Assembly (NCBI GenBank): GCA_013239625.1
Contig: MU054122.1
Location: 584,773 to 648,772, forward strand
Origin: Lama guanicoe
Lineage: Eukaryota
Reading direction: 5' to 3'
Length of the DNA stretch: 64,000 bases
The notes under the pieces are model-generated. The model saw only the letters and a program-made list of their open reading frames with translations, searched no databases and had not been told where the DNA came from. The translations under genes were made by a program, and so were the position numbers. Positions 1 through 13,971 of this stretch are shown piece by piece. The number at the start of each line of letters is the position of its first letter. Positions within the stretch are counted from its first letter, which is position 1.

Positions 1-200
1 CTATGAGTTTTACAGTTTCAGGTCTATTTAAGTCTTTAATCCATTTCAGGTTCATTTTTGTGAGTGATGTGTGTAAGACAGGGGTCCTTTCTCATTCTTC
101 TGCATGTGGTTGTCCAGTTCTCCCAACACCATTTATTGAGGAGACTATTCTTTCCCCATTGAATATTCTTGGCTCCCTGGTCAAACATTAGTTGACCATT
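1..200 (-). mobile_element. Old L1 ORF2 fragment
   Basis: Typical antisense L1 sequence (aagtctttaatccattt..ccaacaccatttattga..ttccccattgaat). Confidence 0.75.
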
Positions 201-919
201 GATTTAGAGTTTCTTGGCCTCAAGGTGCTTACTGGCTAGTAGAGGCAAATACACACAAAATATAAAATTACAACATAAATTACAAATGAAGCTATGTTTT
301 AGGAGTCTCAGGGGATTCAGGGAAGATTTCCAAGAAAATATGCTCAAAGTTATTCTTAGCCTGGAAGAAAAAAGTAAAAGGTTTTCTTTCATGAACAAAG
401 ACATGGTTCTCATGTTTTGTTGAAATGACATGCTGTAGAATGGCATGGTACCCCTGGAATGAGTAACATGGGGAGTAATGAAAACACATAGTATGTGGTG
501 AGCATTACCAACAGTACAGCGTGACAGAAGGATTAAAGTCTGTGGTGGGAGATGTGAGAGATACACTTGGACTTGAATGAATGGTCCTGGATAACTTGTT
601 AAGGAGCTTGGGTCTCGTCTGGGAAAGCCCATAAAGACCTTCTGGTGGTGGTACCATGGATGGATCAGAGGGACTAGAGTAGGAGCCTGGAGACTCGTAT
701 ATTAGGCCAGAAATGGTGTCTAATTGTAGGATAGGAATGAGAAAAGAGTTATTTCATTAGCAAATGACTGTAGGTAACAAGGTGGGGAGACAGTGCAGAG
801 CAGAGATATGAGAGAAAGGTATTCAGTGAATTGCTGGGTTTTTACCGCTGCGTGGTTGGGTGAGCGGTAGGGCTGTAAGTTGAGAGGAGTATAGCACAGA
901 GTGGGAGTGATTAGGGTAA

Positions 920-1130
920 CAGCTAACATTTATGGGATGTCGTGTAAGCACCAGGCCGTATGCTCTGTGGTCTACATGTGTTAACTCGCTTACTCCAGTA
1001 ACCCATGAAGCAGGTACACGGTCTTCCCCCTTTTACAGATGAGGAAACTGAGACAGGGAGGGAGGACTAAGGTCCCATTTAGCTAAGATACAAAACTAGG
1101 CATTTTGGCACCAGAGTTTGGCCCTTAGTC
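920..1130 (-). mobile_element. MIR SINE
   Basis: MIR core in reverse (ttttacagatgaggaaactgag) plus agctaacatttat. Confidence 0.75.
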
Positions 1131-1879
1131 TCAACATTATAAATAGCATTATTGTGGCCCTTAATGGTGTGACTAACAGCATGAAATCTGAGTTCTTGTG
1201 ATACTTTATATCTCACAACACACCACCTATGGACTGATAGTGGATGCTGCCTTTAAGCATTACCTAAGTGGTTACGTTAGTTGGTGGAATGTAGCAGTAA
1301 ATGACTGTCTGTTATAATAATGAACTGGTTTAATTTGTGCAGAGTACAAAAGCACTGAATTTACCAACATCTGATTGATAAACAATCTAGCACTTGAAGA
1401 AAAGTTTAGAAATAGACAGTGTTTTGAAAATTGTAGGCAATTGCCCTTTGTATAGCTTGTTTTATGTTTTGCATAGAAACGTGGAGGGGAATCTCATTGT
1501 TAAAGCTCTTAGTGTGTCTCTTTATGTAGTTAACTTGCTATCTTCCACATGGTGAAAACTCGAATATGAGGTTGGGAGTGGGATGAGAAGTAGCAGAGAC
1601 ATAAGTGAAGACAGCTCTGAAGGACTTCTTTTCTGTGGAGTGGGAGCAGTGCCCACGTGGAGGGTGCCTGGCAGGTGGTCAGTTACAGCAGGAGGGAGAG
1701 CAGGATACATCGGGGGTGTGGATACAGGTAGTTGATTGATAGATGTTTGGGTGGGAGTAGAGAGAAGGTCTCTTTTATTTGCTTCTCTGTTTTCAGGAAA
1801 GTAAGAGAAAGGAGGTTACCGGTTTTCTTCTTCCCTAGTCCACCAGAGCTGGTCTTAAAGGACCAGTGATTTCCACATG

Positions 1880-3030
1880 GCCAGACCCCGTGGTCACTTC
1901 CTTTTTGAAATCCTTTTTTTCACTTGGCCGTGCCCGTCCTTGCTGTTTTCCTTCTACTTTATTGCCACTCTTGAGTCTTCTTTGCCTACTCTTTCTTTAT
2001 CTGCCTGCTCAAAACATGGACTGCTTTTCCCTCTGTTCAGTCACTCCCTAGGGGATCTCATTGAGGCCCGTGACTCTGAACGCTGTGTGTACGCTGATGA
2101 CTCCCAGAGAGGTATGCTCCTCGTCCTCACCTCTGCTGGACTCAGACTTTCATAGCTGACCACCTGTTCCTTATCTTTTCCTTGGGAATCTCTTAGATAC
2201 TTCATACGACATGTTCAAAACTGTACTGGGATTCTCCCTCCCCACATCTGCTGCGGTCCTTATCTGTGGTCTCTTCTGTTTCAGTGAATAGCTCCACCAG
2301 TAACTTAGTTCTCAGGCTTTACCTCAGGCGTTCTGTGATGGAATTCCCTTCAAAATCTGACGCTTCCCCGGCTCTCTACCATCGCTCTCACCTGGACCAT
2401 TCCAGCAGCCTCCAGTCAGGTCTCCTTGCTTCTGCCCTGGGTCCAGGGTGAGACTGTTAAAGCCAGGCCAGATCACATCAGTCTTGTGTGTCTTTCCATC
2501 TCACCCCAACACAAGCAGAACCCTTATCCTAGCCTGCCCGGCCCATGTATTCTAGGGCTCCTCTCCCCATCCATCCTGTGCCACTCTCACCTCTGCTCAC
2601 TGTGCTTCAGCCATCAAGGCCTCCTTGCTGTTTGTTGAACATGCCTGGCATTTTCTCTTCTCAAAGGCTTGCTGTTCTCTTTGCCTGAAACACCTTTTCC
2701 CCTAGATAATCAGTATCACTCCCTCCTGGCTTGTACGTTCCTGTGTCTGAGGGGCCTTCCCCTGCCACCCTAGATAAACAGGAAGCTCTTGTCCCAGCAA
2801 CTCTTGGTTCTCCTGCCATATGTTGTTTCTTCATACCAGTTACTACCTCTTGACATATTATATATTTATCGTCTTTTTTCTCCTTATTAGAATGTAAGCT
2901 CCTTGATGGTAGGCCTCTGCTCCCCTTCTCTCTTTATGATATCCCAGTGCGTAAATAATAGTGTTTGGCACATTACAGGTATTTAATACATATTTAGTGC
3001 ATGGATTGCATGAATGAGTGAATGGTTAAT
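1880..3030 (+). mobile_element. L2 LINE 3' region
   Basis: L2-like motifs gctgatgactcccag, tagaatgtaagctcc and a terminal gaatgagtgaatg. Confidence 0.75.
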
Positions 3031-3108
3031 GAGTGGCTTTCCTGTTTCTCTCTAAATGGCTATGTGAGTCAGCAGTTACCTAACTGAGTTTTTTTTTCCC
3101 CTCCACAG

Positions 3109-3337
3109 CGCCATGGTCAGTTCCGTTCAAGGAGGTACCTATCCCAGCCAGACTGCAGTGTATAGTCCTCCTCCTGCTGCTGCGGCTGCTGCCACCGATG
3201 TCACTCTGTACCAGAATGCGGGAACTAACATATCCCAGGTGCCAAACTATAATTTAACATCCGTGCTGTCTCAGCCAGGAGGCAGTCAACAGCCACCCCC
3301 GCCACAGCAACCGTATTCTCAGAAGGCTCTGCTGTAG
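3109..3337 (+). CDS. STAM: Last coding exon of STAM (signal transducing adaptor molecule 1, ESCRT-0 subunit)
   Basis: Polypyrimidine tract and acceptor ctccacAG ending 3108. Translates ..AMVSSVQGGTYPSQTAVYSPPPAAAAAATDVTLYQNAG..QQPYSQKALL* (TAG 3335-3337), matching the recalled C-terminus of mammalian STAM1. Order STAM then TMEM236 fits known synteny. Confidence 0.95.
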
Positions 3338-4410
3338 GACTTGGGATTCCTCTTTGTGGCAAACACCTGCTAAATGTCGATGACAATACTATGAGATCCT
3401 TTAAAATCCTAAGATTTGTTTATCCTCAGCTTATAAGAGTCGAATCTTGGTCAGCAAGTTCCAATATTCCAGAAGGTAGAACTCTCTTCGATGTGCACTG
3501 ATGTTTTAGAGGGTCTCCCCCCTCCCCCTCCCCTTCCCCCAGAGGAATGAAACTACTTACAACATTTAATTCCTTTCATGATATGAAAGAATTGATGCAG
3601 GATTATTTGTCTCGTGAAATTACCTGGTCTGCAAAAAGTCGAACCTACAAACACTGTTGTGGCAAATGTTATGTACATATATATTGCTGTGTAACTTCAC
3701 TAGTGGCCATTTTGACTCACAGTGGTGATCATGTGAATATATTTAACTGTTAAGTTAATTTACATTGCTATTTTATTTTAATCATGAACAACTACCATGT
3801 TTCATGATGTTTTGTGTAAATCTGAGGTAATTACACTATCCTTTTAAACTGCAAGAGGACAAAGCTGTAGCATATTGACATGCAGCCGTCATATTATTCC
3901 TGTTTCAGTTTCCCATTAAACTGAACACTTCCTGTGTATCATGTCGTCCTGTAGCCTCTGCATACGACTAGCTGTCATCACACCAGTGTACAGTAGCTAA
4001 ATTTTTGGTGCCATTATAGCAAATGATTATATTATTCCCTTTTAAACGTCTACATTTAGGCATGATGTTTCAGAATATCATGGGACCATGAGACAAAAGT
4101 AAGTGGGACCACATGCTTTTTATCTTACTTTTAAAGAAATAATGTTGATTTACTTTTTCCTAGTTGAAGGTAGTAATTGGGTTTCTAAGCTGTATACTGT
4201 GTTTATTGGTGGCAGTGACACCAAAGATAGAGGCAATGGATAGAAGTTTTTCAACTGGAAAGAAAACGTGAATTACACTACATTTTCACTGTCTTGTAAT
4301 TATTTAGGATATAAACAAAGTTTGACTTATCTGTCTTAGTCTTTTGAATATGTCTTTAACACATTGTATCTTTTAATTCTTCATTAAAATGGATGTACGT
4401 AGATGTTTCA
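3338..4410 (+). other. STAM: STAM 3' UTR (proximal part); candidate poly(A) signal ATTAAA at 4383-4388
   Basis: AT-rich, repeat-free sequence after the stop codon; ATTAAA followed by U/GU-rich sequence. The end point is inferred. Confidence 0.55.
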
Positions 4411-6859
4411 AAGTAATCTATATTCCTGGCTTTGCTTAACAGTTTGTATATTTATTCTTATCTTTCCAACTGGATTTTTGGGCTGCTGTCTTTCTCTTTT
4501 AAAGTTCTAAATAGAATTATTTTGACTTCTTATTCAGTATTTTTGAATGAATGCTTTTCTTTTAATCCATGTGAAATGTGTTTCCTACTGACATTTTAAT
4601 CTTCTTAAATATTTATAATTTCCCTAGTTGTGCTATACTATTACTTAACACCGTTATTTAAACAACTGAAAAACTGAGATGAGCATCATATTAGATGGAT
4701 TGATTTATTAACAGATTTCACATCATAAATGAAGGTTTAATTTGTATTTTCTGAGACTGTTGTGATCAGGTAGTTTCTTTCCTTTTTGGCAAATGATTCC
4801 ATGTTTGGCAAGGTAGGTTCAATTTAAAGCACCATCTTCAACTTATATGTCTCATCCTAGTGTTGTGTTTTCCTGAGTTTAGGGTATGTTGCCCTCAAAT
4901 AGTAATTTTAAAATTTGAATTCAAACCTTACATTAAAATTTTTTTAATATGTTGTTTTTGATAAACATTGTCAAACGATTGTAGTCTTTTCCATTCCAAT
5001 TTGAATATTCTAGTTTGAGTGATACACTTTTTCTCAAGTTATGTTGTGTTTTTCTCTATCTTTTGATAAATTTGTAAATTTGCCCAATGGCAGATGTATC
5101 ATTTTCCCATTTTATTGTGATACACTTCATGCTCTAAGATCAATGACATATTCTCTAGGATGTGTTCTGCCCTGTAGAAGTCGAAGAATGATGAAGTCAA
5201 AAAAGGCTGCCCATATTACAGTGCATATGCAGTTTTCTTAATCTATTCACACTACTAGGCTTTTATAAAGATTCAAATGATGAATACCTAAAACTGATGC
5301 TATATTAGTATGCAGTTTTCACTTAATAGGTATAAAAATACCAGATGGAAAAATTCCACTGAAAAGGAACCAGTGGGTTTTCCGTCCTTCAGATGACATG
5401 GCAAGGTCAGAAATGGGAAAAGGACCAGTTAAGAGCACAGTGGTTTTGTTCTGCAACCAGTGTCTGTGTTGTGCTTTCATAAAATCTGTCTTTAAAAGAT
5501 AGCTGTCCCTCTTCAAAGGGAACAGAATTATTTATTAAATTAACTTAAGTAGAAGATGATTTAAAGCAAATTTTGCTTTTCAGTTTTTTTCCTTTATAAT
5601 TTTTGTACATACATAAACCAGTGACATCTAAATGGAAGAATTCAGCCCAATTACTGTCTAGCATAAATAGCCAACAAACCTCATAGTCAGTTGGATAATA
5701 TATCAGTTCCCTAAACTTACCTACTGAGGTAGTATGTAGTATGTCCTTACTGTAATGGTACAGGCTTTTCTAACCGGGGTCCTCCTTCACTGTTACCTTT
5801 CTCTCCTTCTCACTGAGGAACACTTTTTATGTGCTCAAGAGATTCCCTTCTCTATATTAAAAATTACTAGAACTTTTGTTTCTATAACTCTTAATTTTTA
5901 ATTTAAAATGCTTAGTAGACCACTAACATTTTTTGATACAGTTTTAATATATGACATATGTATAATTCATCATAAAAATATCTCTAGTTCCAAGCTTCAA
6001 GTTTATAAAAGATAAATTAGTGTCCTGTATGGTAAACTATGCAACCTCAAAAGCTAAGTATTTTCTAAATGAAATCCGTTGGTATAGTTGGTCAAATTTT
6101 CATTTCTTTAATACAGTAAACTCACTGTTTTCTTTTTCTCATCTTACCAACTGTACTAGTAATTATAGTTTCCTGCTATATCACTCTTTAAATATTTAAT
6201 AACAAAGTTATGGTTTACATTTTTCACTCATGTCATTTTCTATTTTTAAAAATTATTTTCATTGTTGATAAGTGCTTAGAATAAATATATAGAAGGAACT
6301 TACCTAAATGTTTTCTCAAAGACCTTATGTTTAGTTATCTTTTAGAATCATGGTTCAATTAAGTGTTCTGGTCAAATGTCCGCGTTATTTTCTGAGCTAC
6401 TGGTAATGACATGCCCCCCTGGTTTTTGAGCAAAGCCACCTTGAGTTTTATGCATTCTTTTTTAGTATGGTCTTCTTTTGAAATTGTACTGCTTAGTGAT
6501 TCTTCTCCCTCAAGTTTTCCTACCTTAGCAATTTTTCCCTCATAATATTCTACAGCATTTTAAATCTACATATTTAAAATACTAGATTTTCTTGTTGAAC
6601 AAAATGTAACATTTTGTTGGAGATAACTTGTGGTCATGCTGTACTTTGTTGATTGTTTCACACTCTAGCTTCATGTTTTTACTTCTCACTACTGTTATTG
6701 TCTGTCTGCTGCTGCTTTTAGACTCAGTTTCTTACAAGGATTGCATATTAAATTACTGAGTGTCAGCAGGCCTCTGTATAAAAGCGAGAGACTGGTTCTC
6801 AAGACCTTTTGGTGTTCAGAGACTTAAAAAAAAAGTTATGTCTATTTTAGAAAAGAATA

Positions 6860-7167
6860 TATTCAGATTTTTTGATCAGGTACCCTCATCAGTAGCAAAT
6901 ATTTTTGAGTTTATAGCCTCAAAAATATGTATGTCTATGTATCTACAAATTGTACAAGTTCTGTAATAATACACTATATTATTATAGTATGTTATATACT
7001 ATATTACTGTAGTAATATAGTACCTTATGAAACACACCAAAAGTAGAAATCTTTATTAAAAGGGTAAGAGAAAAAATTATTAATAGAAATTCTAATATTT
7101 TCTTCCCAGATCTCTCGGTCTTTTAGTCAATGCCCTAGAATGTGTATACCCGATTTGGAGACCACTG
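6860..7167. mobile_element. hAT-Charlie MITE (MER112-like)
   Basis: ttttttgatcaggtaccctcatcagta..AT-rich core..tttggagaccactg terminus; family from recall. Confidence 0.5.
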
Positions 7168-9600
7168 CCTAGAGGTTAAGATTAAACAGAGAGAGCAGGA
7201 TGTTGCTAAGTTGGCCCTTTGTGGTCAGTGTCTGATACTACAAGTGGTGCTTTTCCTAGCAACTTTCTATGTTGAATTTTCAGACTTACAGGAAAGACTG
7301 AAATAATATATTGAACACCTGAGTATTCTTCATATAGATTCACTAATCATTAACATTTTGTTGCATTTGCTTTATCTCTTTATGTATGTTTATACGTGTG
7401 TCTGTATCCATGTTTGTGTATAGGTGTGTTTTTATGGGTATATACACATAGACTTTATTGTATGAATAGACAAAGCAATAGACTTTTAACTAAACTATAC
7501 ACCTAATCATTTTGTCATGTATTTTGTAGGGATAAGTACATTCTCCTGCACAACCTAAAGCTTTGTCACATAATTCTGTAATATTATTGTTACCAAACAC
7601 CCCCAGACTGTCAGTTGAAGGCATAGTTTTTTAAAAATCCAGGAACATACACCACAGTTTTTATGTTCCTTTATTCTCTATTAATCCAGATTAATCTCTT
7701 CTTTTTTCCTCCATGATACTGCCTTTTTACAGATCAACACCAGTTGTCTCATAGCATTTCCCACATTCAGTCAGAACTATACGACTTATGGTTAAAAGTA
7801 ATGAATCTAAATTTTTCAAGCTCATATCAGAAAATTGTATGTATAAATGAATGTTGTTAGCCTTAAACTGTGGTTATTCTGTATAAGAGACTATATGCTC
7901 AGGCCATTGATGCTACCATAGCTCAGTACAGCTTTGTGTTCTTCATTTCAAATTGCATTTACAGTCACTGAAGAAAGTTTGTGCCCTTGATAAAAATAAT
8001 TAGCTCCCCCTTTCCCTCATTCAAACCAAAATCAACTTCTCTCAAGCTTGTTCATCTACCTGATTCATTCTGGATGGCTTTTAGGTATTATAGAAATGTA
8101 GCAAAAAATCATAGGACTTTGTTTTGGGAGGTGTACATCTTGGCATGTTTGTTTTAAAAGACTTCTCATTATAAACTCATAAAAGACTTCTCTTATAGTC
8201 ATATCTTCTTTTAAGATATTGAAATCACTCATGAGGAAGGGAAGTCCTTTCTTTTTAAAAGTTCTAGTTTTTACTTACTTTCCTGAAATTGGTTATCAAA
8301 TTGGAATCGGGCTGATTAAAAATTAATAATCAGTCAAGTTAGAAACACATGCAAGTTACAATAATGTACACCATCAGGTTGTTAAGTAGCTGGCTTAATC
8401 CCTTACATTATTTCAGTTGGTTGGTGGCTTTTTAAAAAACAGAATAAATGTTTGTAATCTATTGTTTCTGTGGCAAGATATACGAAGTTTCTTAAGTGGA
8501 GGATAATTACGTATCTTGTTACTTTAAAAAGAGAGAAAATATATAAACAATTGAGAATGTTTTTGGTTAATTATATGTAATATTATCTGTTAGGCATTTA
8601 GGATACCAAATATGAAACATCCATATGGTGTAATTATTTTCCTCAGAGTTAAAAATACAGAAAAAAACAGCTATATGCTGGTTTTGGAATTTGTTTTTTT
8701 CTTCAGAGGAAAGAAAAAGTTTCGATGTGTATCTTTGATATTCCATAATGTGAAAATATAGTGATAACACTCAAGGAGTTGTGAAACATGACTAAAGAAG
8801 TTGTAATGAAGAATAGAGGTAAATTCACTTAATATTTACTAAAGAGGCTTTATTATAAGAAGTCCATTTCTATAAATGGTGGATGGCACAGGATGAAACA
8901 AATGGTTTTAGTCTTTGCATTGTACAGTGTGTCAGTTTTTGACCTTATGGGCTTTTTTTTTTAATAATTGATGTTATACTTTTGGTTGAAGAGAAGAATA
9001 AGAACTAAATTATATTATAGGAGTTTATTGGCGTTCTATTCTGCTGTGAAGTGGAAATTTCAGTTCATTGCCGTAGGAATTCAGATTTTAGCCCAGATGT
9101 ATCTTTTGTCAAAAGAGTATCTTGCTCAATATATGATCTTGGGCAGTTCTATGCATCTCTCTGGGCCTTCTACTTATTTCCAGATTGTAGTGTTAGTGTA
9201 ACTACATGACCCTTTGAAACCAGCAGAAATTCTGTGCTTCAGATCCTCAGCCTCCCTGCCATTCAGCCTGCATAACCACGTGTGCCACTGAAGTTACTTC
9301 ATAGCTTAGAGAAGGAGGAGGTACTGACACTTGGAAGCATGGTTTCTAGCACATGGTCTTAACAATATACTTCCTGCAGAGCAATCTGAGGATCCCTTAT
9401 TTCCATTAGCAAACTCCTCAGCCTTTGGTTTCTATTTGAGTGACCCCCCCGGAACATCTTCACTCTAAGTAGAAACACTTTCACTTGATAGTACTTTCAC
9501 TTTCAGTGGTGCTGATTTGGGGGAAGAATTTAAATAATTACGGCTTTGAAGCATATACTGTTTTTGTATATTGCTTCCAACTGAAGGAAAGAGCATCGGA

Positions 9601-9709
9601 CGGTATGGAATTTAACCGTTCTTGACGTTCTCGTAGGCAGAATAGCACGGGTTCCGTTATGGAATTTAACCGTTCTTGACGTTCTCGTAGGCAGAATAGC
9701 ACGGGCTCC
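9601..9709. repeat. 54-bp tandem duplication
   Basis: 48 bp identical at 9604-9651 and 9658-9705, period 54. Confidence 0.95.
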
Positions 9710-12700
9710 CTTGGTCTTACTGACGTGAACATGGTGATGGAGCAGCGTTCTACGCTTGCCGTCCTTTAGCTGTTTCATTTACTAAGTAGGCAGACTGCCT
9801 GAGTTTAGAGAACTGTGTAAGCTGGTGGTTTCCATCTTTGATGCTATCTGAGTCGTCTTCTGAAATTCTAAATAAGGTGCAAAGTTAGTGGCATTTTTTT
9901 TACATCACAACTGTTTGGCCTAGAAAAATGTCTTAATATACTCTATGAATGCAAGTTATTAATATACATCAACATTAGCCATTTAAGAAAGGTTGGTTTT
10001 TTTCTAATCAACTTTTTTTCTTGTCTGTTGGTCAGTTGCATATGTCCATTCTTTTATATAGTTGTATAAAATGATTCTAAGAATAAAATAAATTTTTTGT
10101 TAGTTTTCTTGTTTGCACTTTAGGAAATTAGATATCCTGCTGGCATTTGAAAAAATTCTTTTCTAAATCTATGCTGTTTCATGGAATCTGATAAAAAGGC
10201 TTATATCAAGTATTGAAATAGATAAGCATGTTTATGGGGGGGAAACAAAATTTCCAGTTATCACTGGTTGTGTTATAGTCTCCCTTTGTAAGCAAGAACA
10301 GTCACTGCCTTTTTAGAATCGTTTTTGCTGTCTCATGTTAATTGTTTCAAGAATAGTTCCAGAAATGAATACTGCTTGGGTTTTACCAAAGCAAACAAAC
10401 AAGCAAACCAAACAGCTAAAGTTCTTTATCTTAATGTCATAGTAAAAGTCAATTTTGTGTTTATACAGTTAGGTTTTTTTCTTTTTAAAAGATTACTTAG
10501 ATTATAATTGGTGTTAGTGAAATGTTTTGATACCAAAATTTAGTATCAGTGTAATTTTATTTCATTCATATGATTGCCAAATATTAGTTTTCTTGAAGGG
10601 GGAGCAGGCAGGCCAATGGATTCCCTTCAGGTTAAGTTAAATATGTATTTGAAATAAGAAGACTTCTAGTATCTGGAATGGAATTTTATTAGGCTGCAAA
10701 TTAAATTATTGTGCTTTTGCTTAGCCCCTTTAAACTAAGGAGTATTTCTTCTCTGCATGCCTTTCATGAATTTGAAAATGAGTAATTTCCTTCAGGTTTT
10801 TAGCCTGATAGGAGCAAAATTCTGTTTTTATTTCAATTCTCACCCGGCGTTTCTATGTAGTTAACTATGCTGATTTTTCTATTTGAAAGGCAAAAAGAAA
10901 AAAAAAACCAATTTCTATTTGCTAAAGAATACTTACTGGAACATGATCTGTTTATGCTTTCATTGGAGAATTAAAACTGAGTAAGTGTCCATTTTATACC
11001 AAATGTTTTATGTATGTTGAATTTGCAATGGTGAGGGAAATTATTCTCAAAAATTAAGCAAAGAAGGAAGACTAATAGCTAAAAGAGCTGAGTTTAGGTA
11101 ATATATTCTGACAGTTTTGTCAAAAACATTTGAGATTAAAACCCCTGAAGTGATAATTTCCATTTTTTGACCAAGAGGTCAGCATCATTAAACTGAATAG
11201 CATGATCTGAATTACTATGTGTAATATCTTTTGAAAGTCGTATTTTTAAATATTCTTTTTATCTAGTAATTCATAGCTTATTAAACAGATGCTGTGTATA
11301 ACTTATTTTTTTTCTAGATATCTATTCCAAGAGCTGTTGTTTGAGAAATGTGAGGTTCTATAGGGAGTGTTTGAAATCAACTTAAGAGAAACCTGAATGT
11401 TGGTGGTTTCTAGCAGATAACTCCTGTATGTTAGACTTGAGTTGTTATAATTTTGATGACCTGGAGCTTGTAACAGAACAGTGAATTCTGCTGTCATACA
11501 TATATGTGTTCTAAAAATCACTGTGCTTTGCATAACTGCACAATAAAAAGGTCTTAGGGTTTATGGGGAAAACCAGTTAGAGGTACAGCATTCCAAATCT
11601 TCAGCGGTGACATAATTAAGAATAAAGATAGGAACCTAAGAAAAACAGCACTGGTTTACATGTTAAATGGTTTACAAATACATGAACATTATAATAAATA
11701 TGGCGCTTTACCTCGAACAAGACCTGAAGCGAGCCTGTGGAAGTGGGCGTGGGAAGAGTTGTGTTTATGAGTGAAGGTGAAGGTGGGCGGAGGAGCTGCT
11801 GGAGTCCAAGGGCAGGTTGTGACACCAGACCCGGGTGAGTGTGACTCAGCCTCGGCGAACTGAGGGCGCTGGTGTGCACGCATGTGTGTTCCCGTGCAGC
11901 TCAGTTTCGCTGGGTGCAGTTTTCTGCATTTCTCCCTGTTTCTCCTGGACAGTCACACATAAGCTACTTGAAATTTGCCTTTTGCTCACGTTCCCTAGTG
12001 TATCATCTCCTGCAACAAGTTTTTGTTTTCCAAACAGTCATATCAAAACTGACTCTCAGAGTCATTTAGAGATGGAGAATAAGTGACTAGTCACCATTTA
12101 TTTCTAACTGAAAAAAATCCTTTTATATATGGTTTTAAGTGATTGATAAGAATTATGGATATCCAGATAGAAAACTCTCTCCCCCCTTACCAGATCAGAA
12201 AGGATCCCAGTGGAGCTTATGAGCATATTCAGATTCAAAGAATTACGTGTTCTGCTTACATGCAATCTGTGAGATTATATACCCTATGATCCTGCCTTCT
12301 CCCTCCAAAGAGAAAGACAAGAGGGAAATTAAGGAAAACATTGTTTTCTGAGTTAAGTGCGCACAGCCATCATGCCATTATTTTCACTGATTTTTTTTAA
12401 CTTGATTTGTCCTGCAGTTGGTTGATTCTTGAGTGTATGCCAAGTTTTCAAAGTTTACTAACATTTCGAAGCACTAAGTATAGCAGGTATTTATTTAAAT
12501 ATTTTAAATAACTTTACAAATCAAAATATAAATATAGGTTATTTACAAGTTCATTTTATATCAACAGATTTATCTGTTTTTTTTTTTTTTTCGGACAGAA
12601 TTACTCCATTTGTTTCTAAAGCATGGTGTGCCAGTGAGTGAATCTTCCTAGGAGTGAGGTTATCTGGATCAGGCACGTCTTCTGTAATGGTTTATTGCAT

Positions 12701-13599
12701 TAACTTTTCCTGGTCCTCAGGTTGATCATCAGTAAAATGAGAGAATTATATCTCTTAAATTCTGCCCTAGCTATCGTATCTCCAGGTAATGTTAAAAACA
12801 GCATCAATTTAATCTTACTTTTTGAATAAGCACTGGTGTTCTTCCATGAGAACTCTTAAGTGCTTTTCACATAACTCATTTAAACTAGGGCGATGTTGGA
12901 GGTGAGGAAACTTGAGAGTTCGGCGATTTGCTCAAGGTCATCCAGTTAGATGGTGACATAGCTCAGGTTCAAACCTAGGTAAAGTTTGTACTCTTGCCCA
13001 TCAGCTTGTCATTGACACGCTGGTTCACTGTGTACCGTGTGGGAACTCTGAAACCTCGGAGAATGAGGCAGGTCCCTGCTCTCCAAATTCTTCACACTAA
13101 GGGAGAATTTTGTACTCTGTGTGTGTACGTGTGTGTGTATCCCACAGAAGGACTCCAAGATAAACATTTGTTTGTACGAATACCTCATTAGAATGTAAAA
13201 ACACATTTTCAAGTAAAGTAATTGGTGCCAGGTTTCTAGCGTCTTATTTAAGATTGCTTAAACTACAGGGTTCTAATCTGGTGGTAAATCAGGTGAGACT
13301 CTTTCAGGGAACTATGGAGACATGATGGCCAAATGGCCTACTTATTTGATACCCAAGATTAATAAAATTATATGTAGAAATTAAAGTAGTTATATTGAAT
13401 CAATTACCTAAAAAGTTTTTAGTCAACCCAAATCCCCTGTATGTATGTTACTATGAGCATCTTGAGGATACTAATGGAATCTTTCATCTTTGTATTGTAT
13501 TGCACCTAGAAGAATACTTTTTGCGTTGTATTTACATAAGTGTTGAGTGAATGAGAAATTCAGTTTCACAGCCTGCAAAATAATTTTGCAGAGAGCTCT

Positions 13600-13950
13600 G
13601 TGTGTCTGTCAGCGGCCTGCCAGAAAGTCGAGTTACACTCCGGAGGTCAACTGAACAGGCTTTAGTAAAGAACTACTTACTGAAGACGAAGGGAACGAAG
13701 GATGCTGAGGCATCCTCTACTGTCACGACCCCTAACTCAAAAGGGACGAGTGTCCACAGCAACGCATGGACCCCAGTGAGAGCTAGACTGGTGCAGTGGG
13801 CGGGACAGATGGACAAGGACAGTGAGTACCCTGGTGTCTCCTGCTGCGCTCTGATCTCCTGCCAGTCCTCTCGTTGGCTGAACCCAACTGGAATACAGAA
13901 TGATGGCAATTACATCTTGCAGTAGGGGGACAAATGCAGGATGGCCATCC
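13600..13950 (-). mobile_element. ERVL LTR (LTR33-like)
   Basis: ctctgatctcctgccagtcctctcgttggctgaacccaactgga resembles recalled LTR33/LTR16 sequence. Confidence 0.5.
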
Positions 13951-13971
13951 TGCTAGAAATGTGTCTGGATT

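Noticed and set aside
9601..9709. Repeat-spacer-repeat look resembling CRISPR
   Set aside because: Eukaryotic DNA, only two units, 6-bp gap, no cas genes; a simple tandem duplication.
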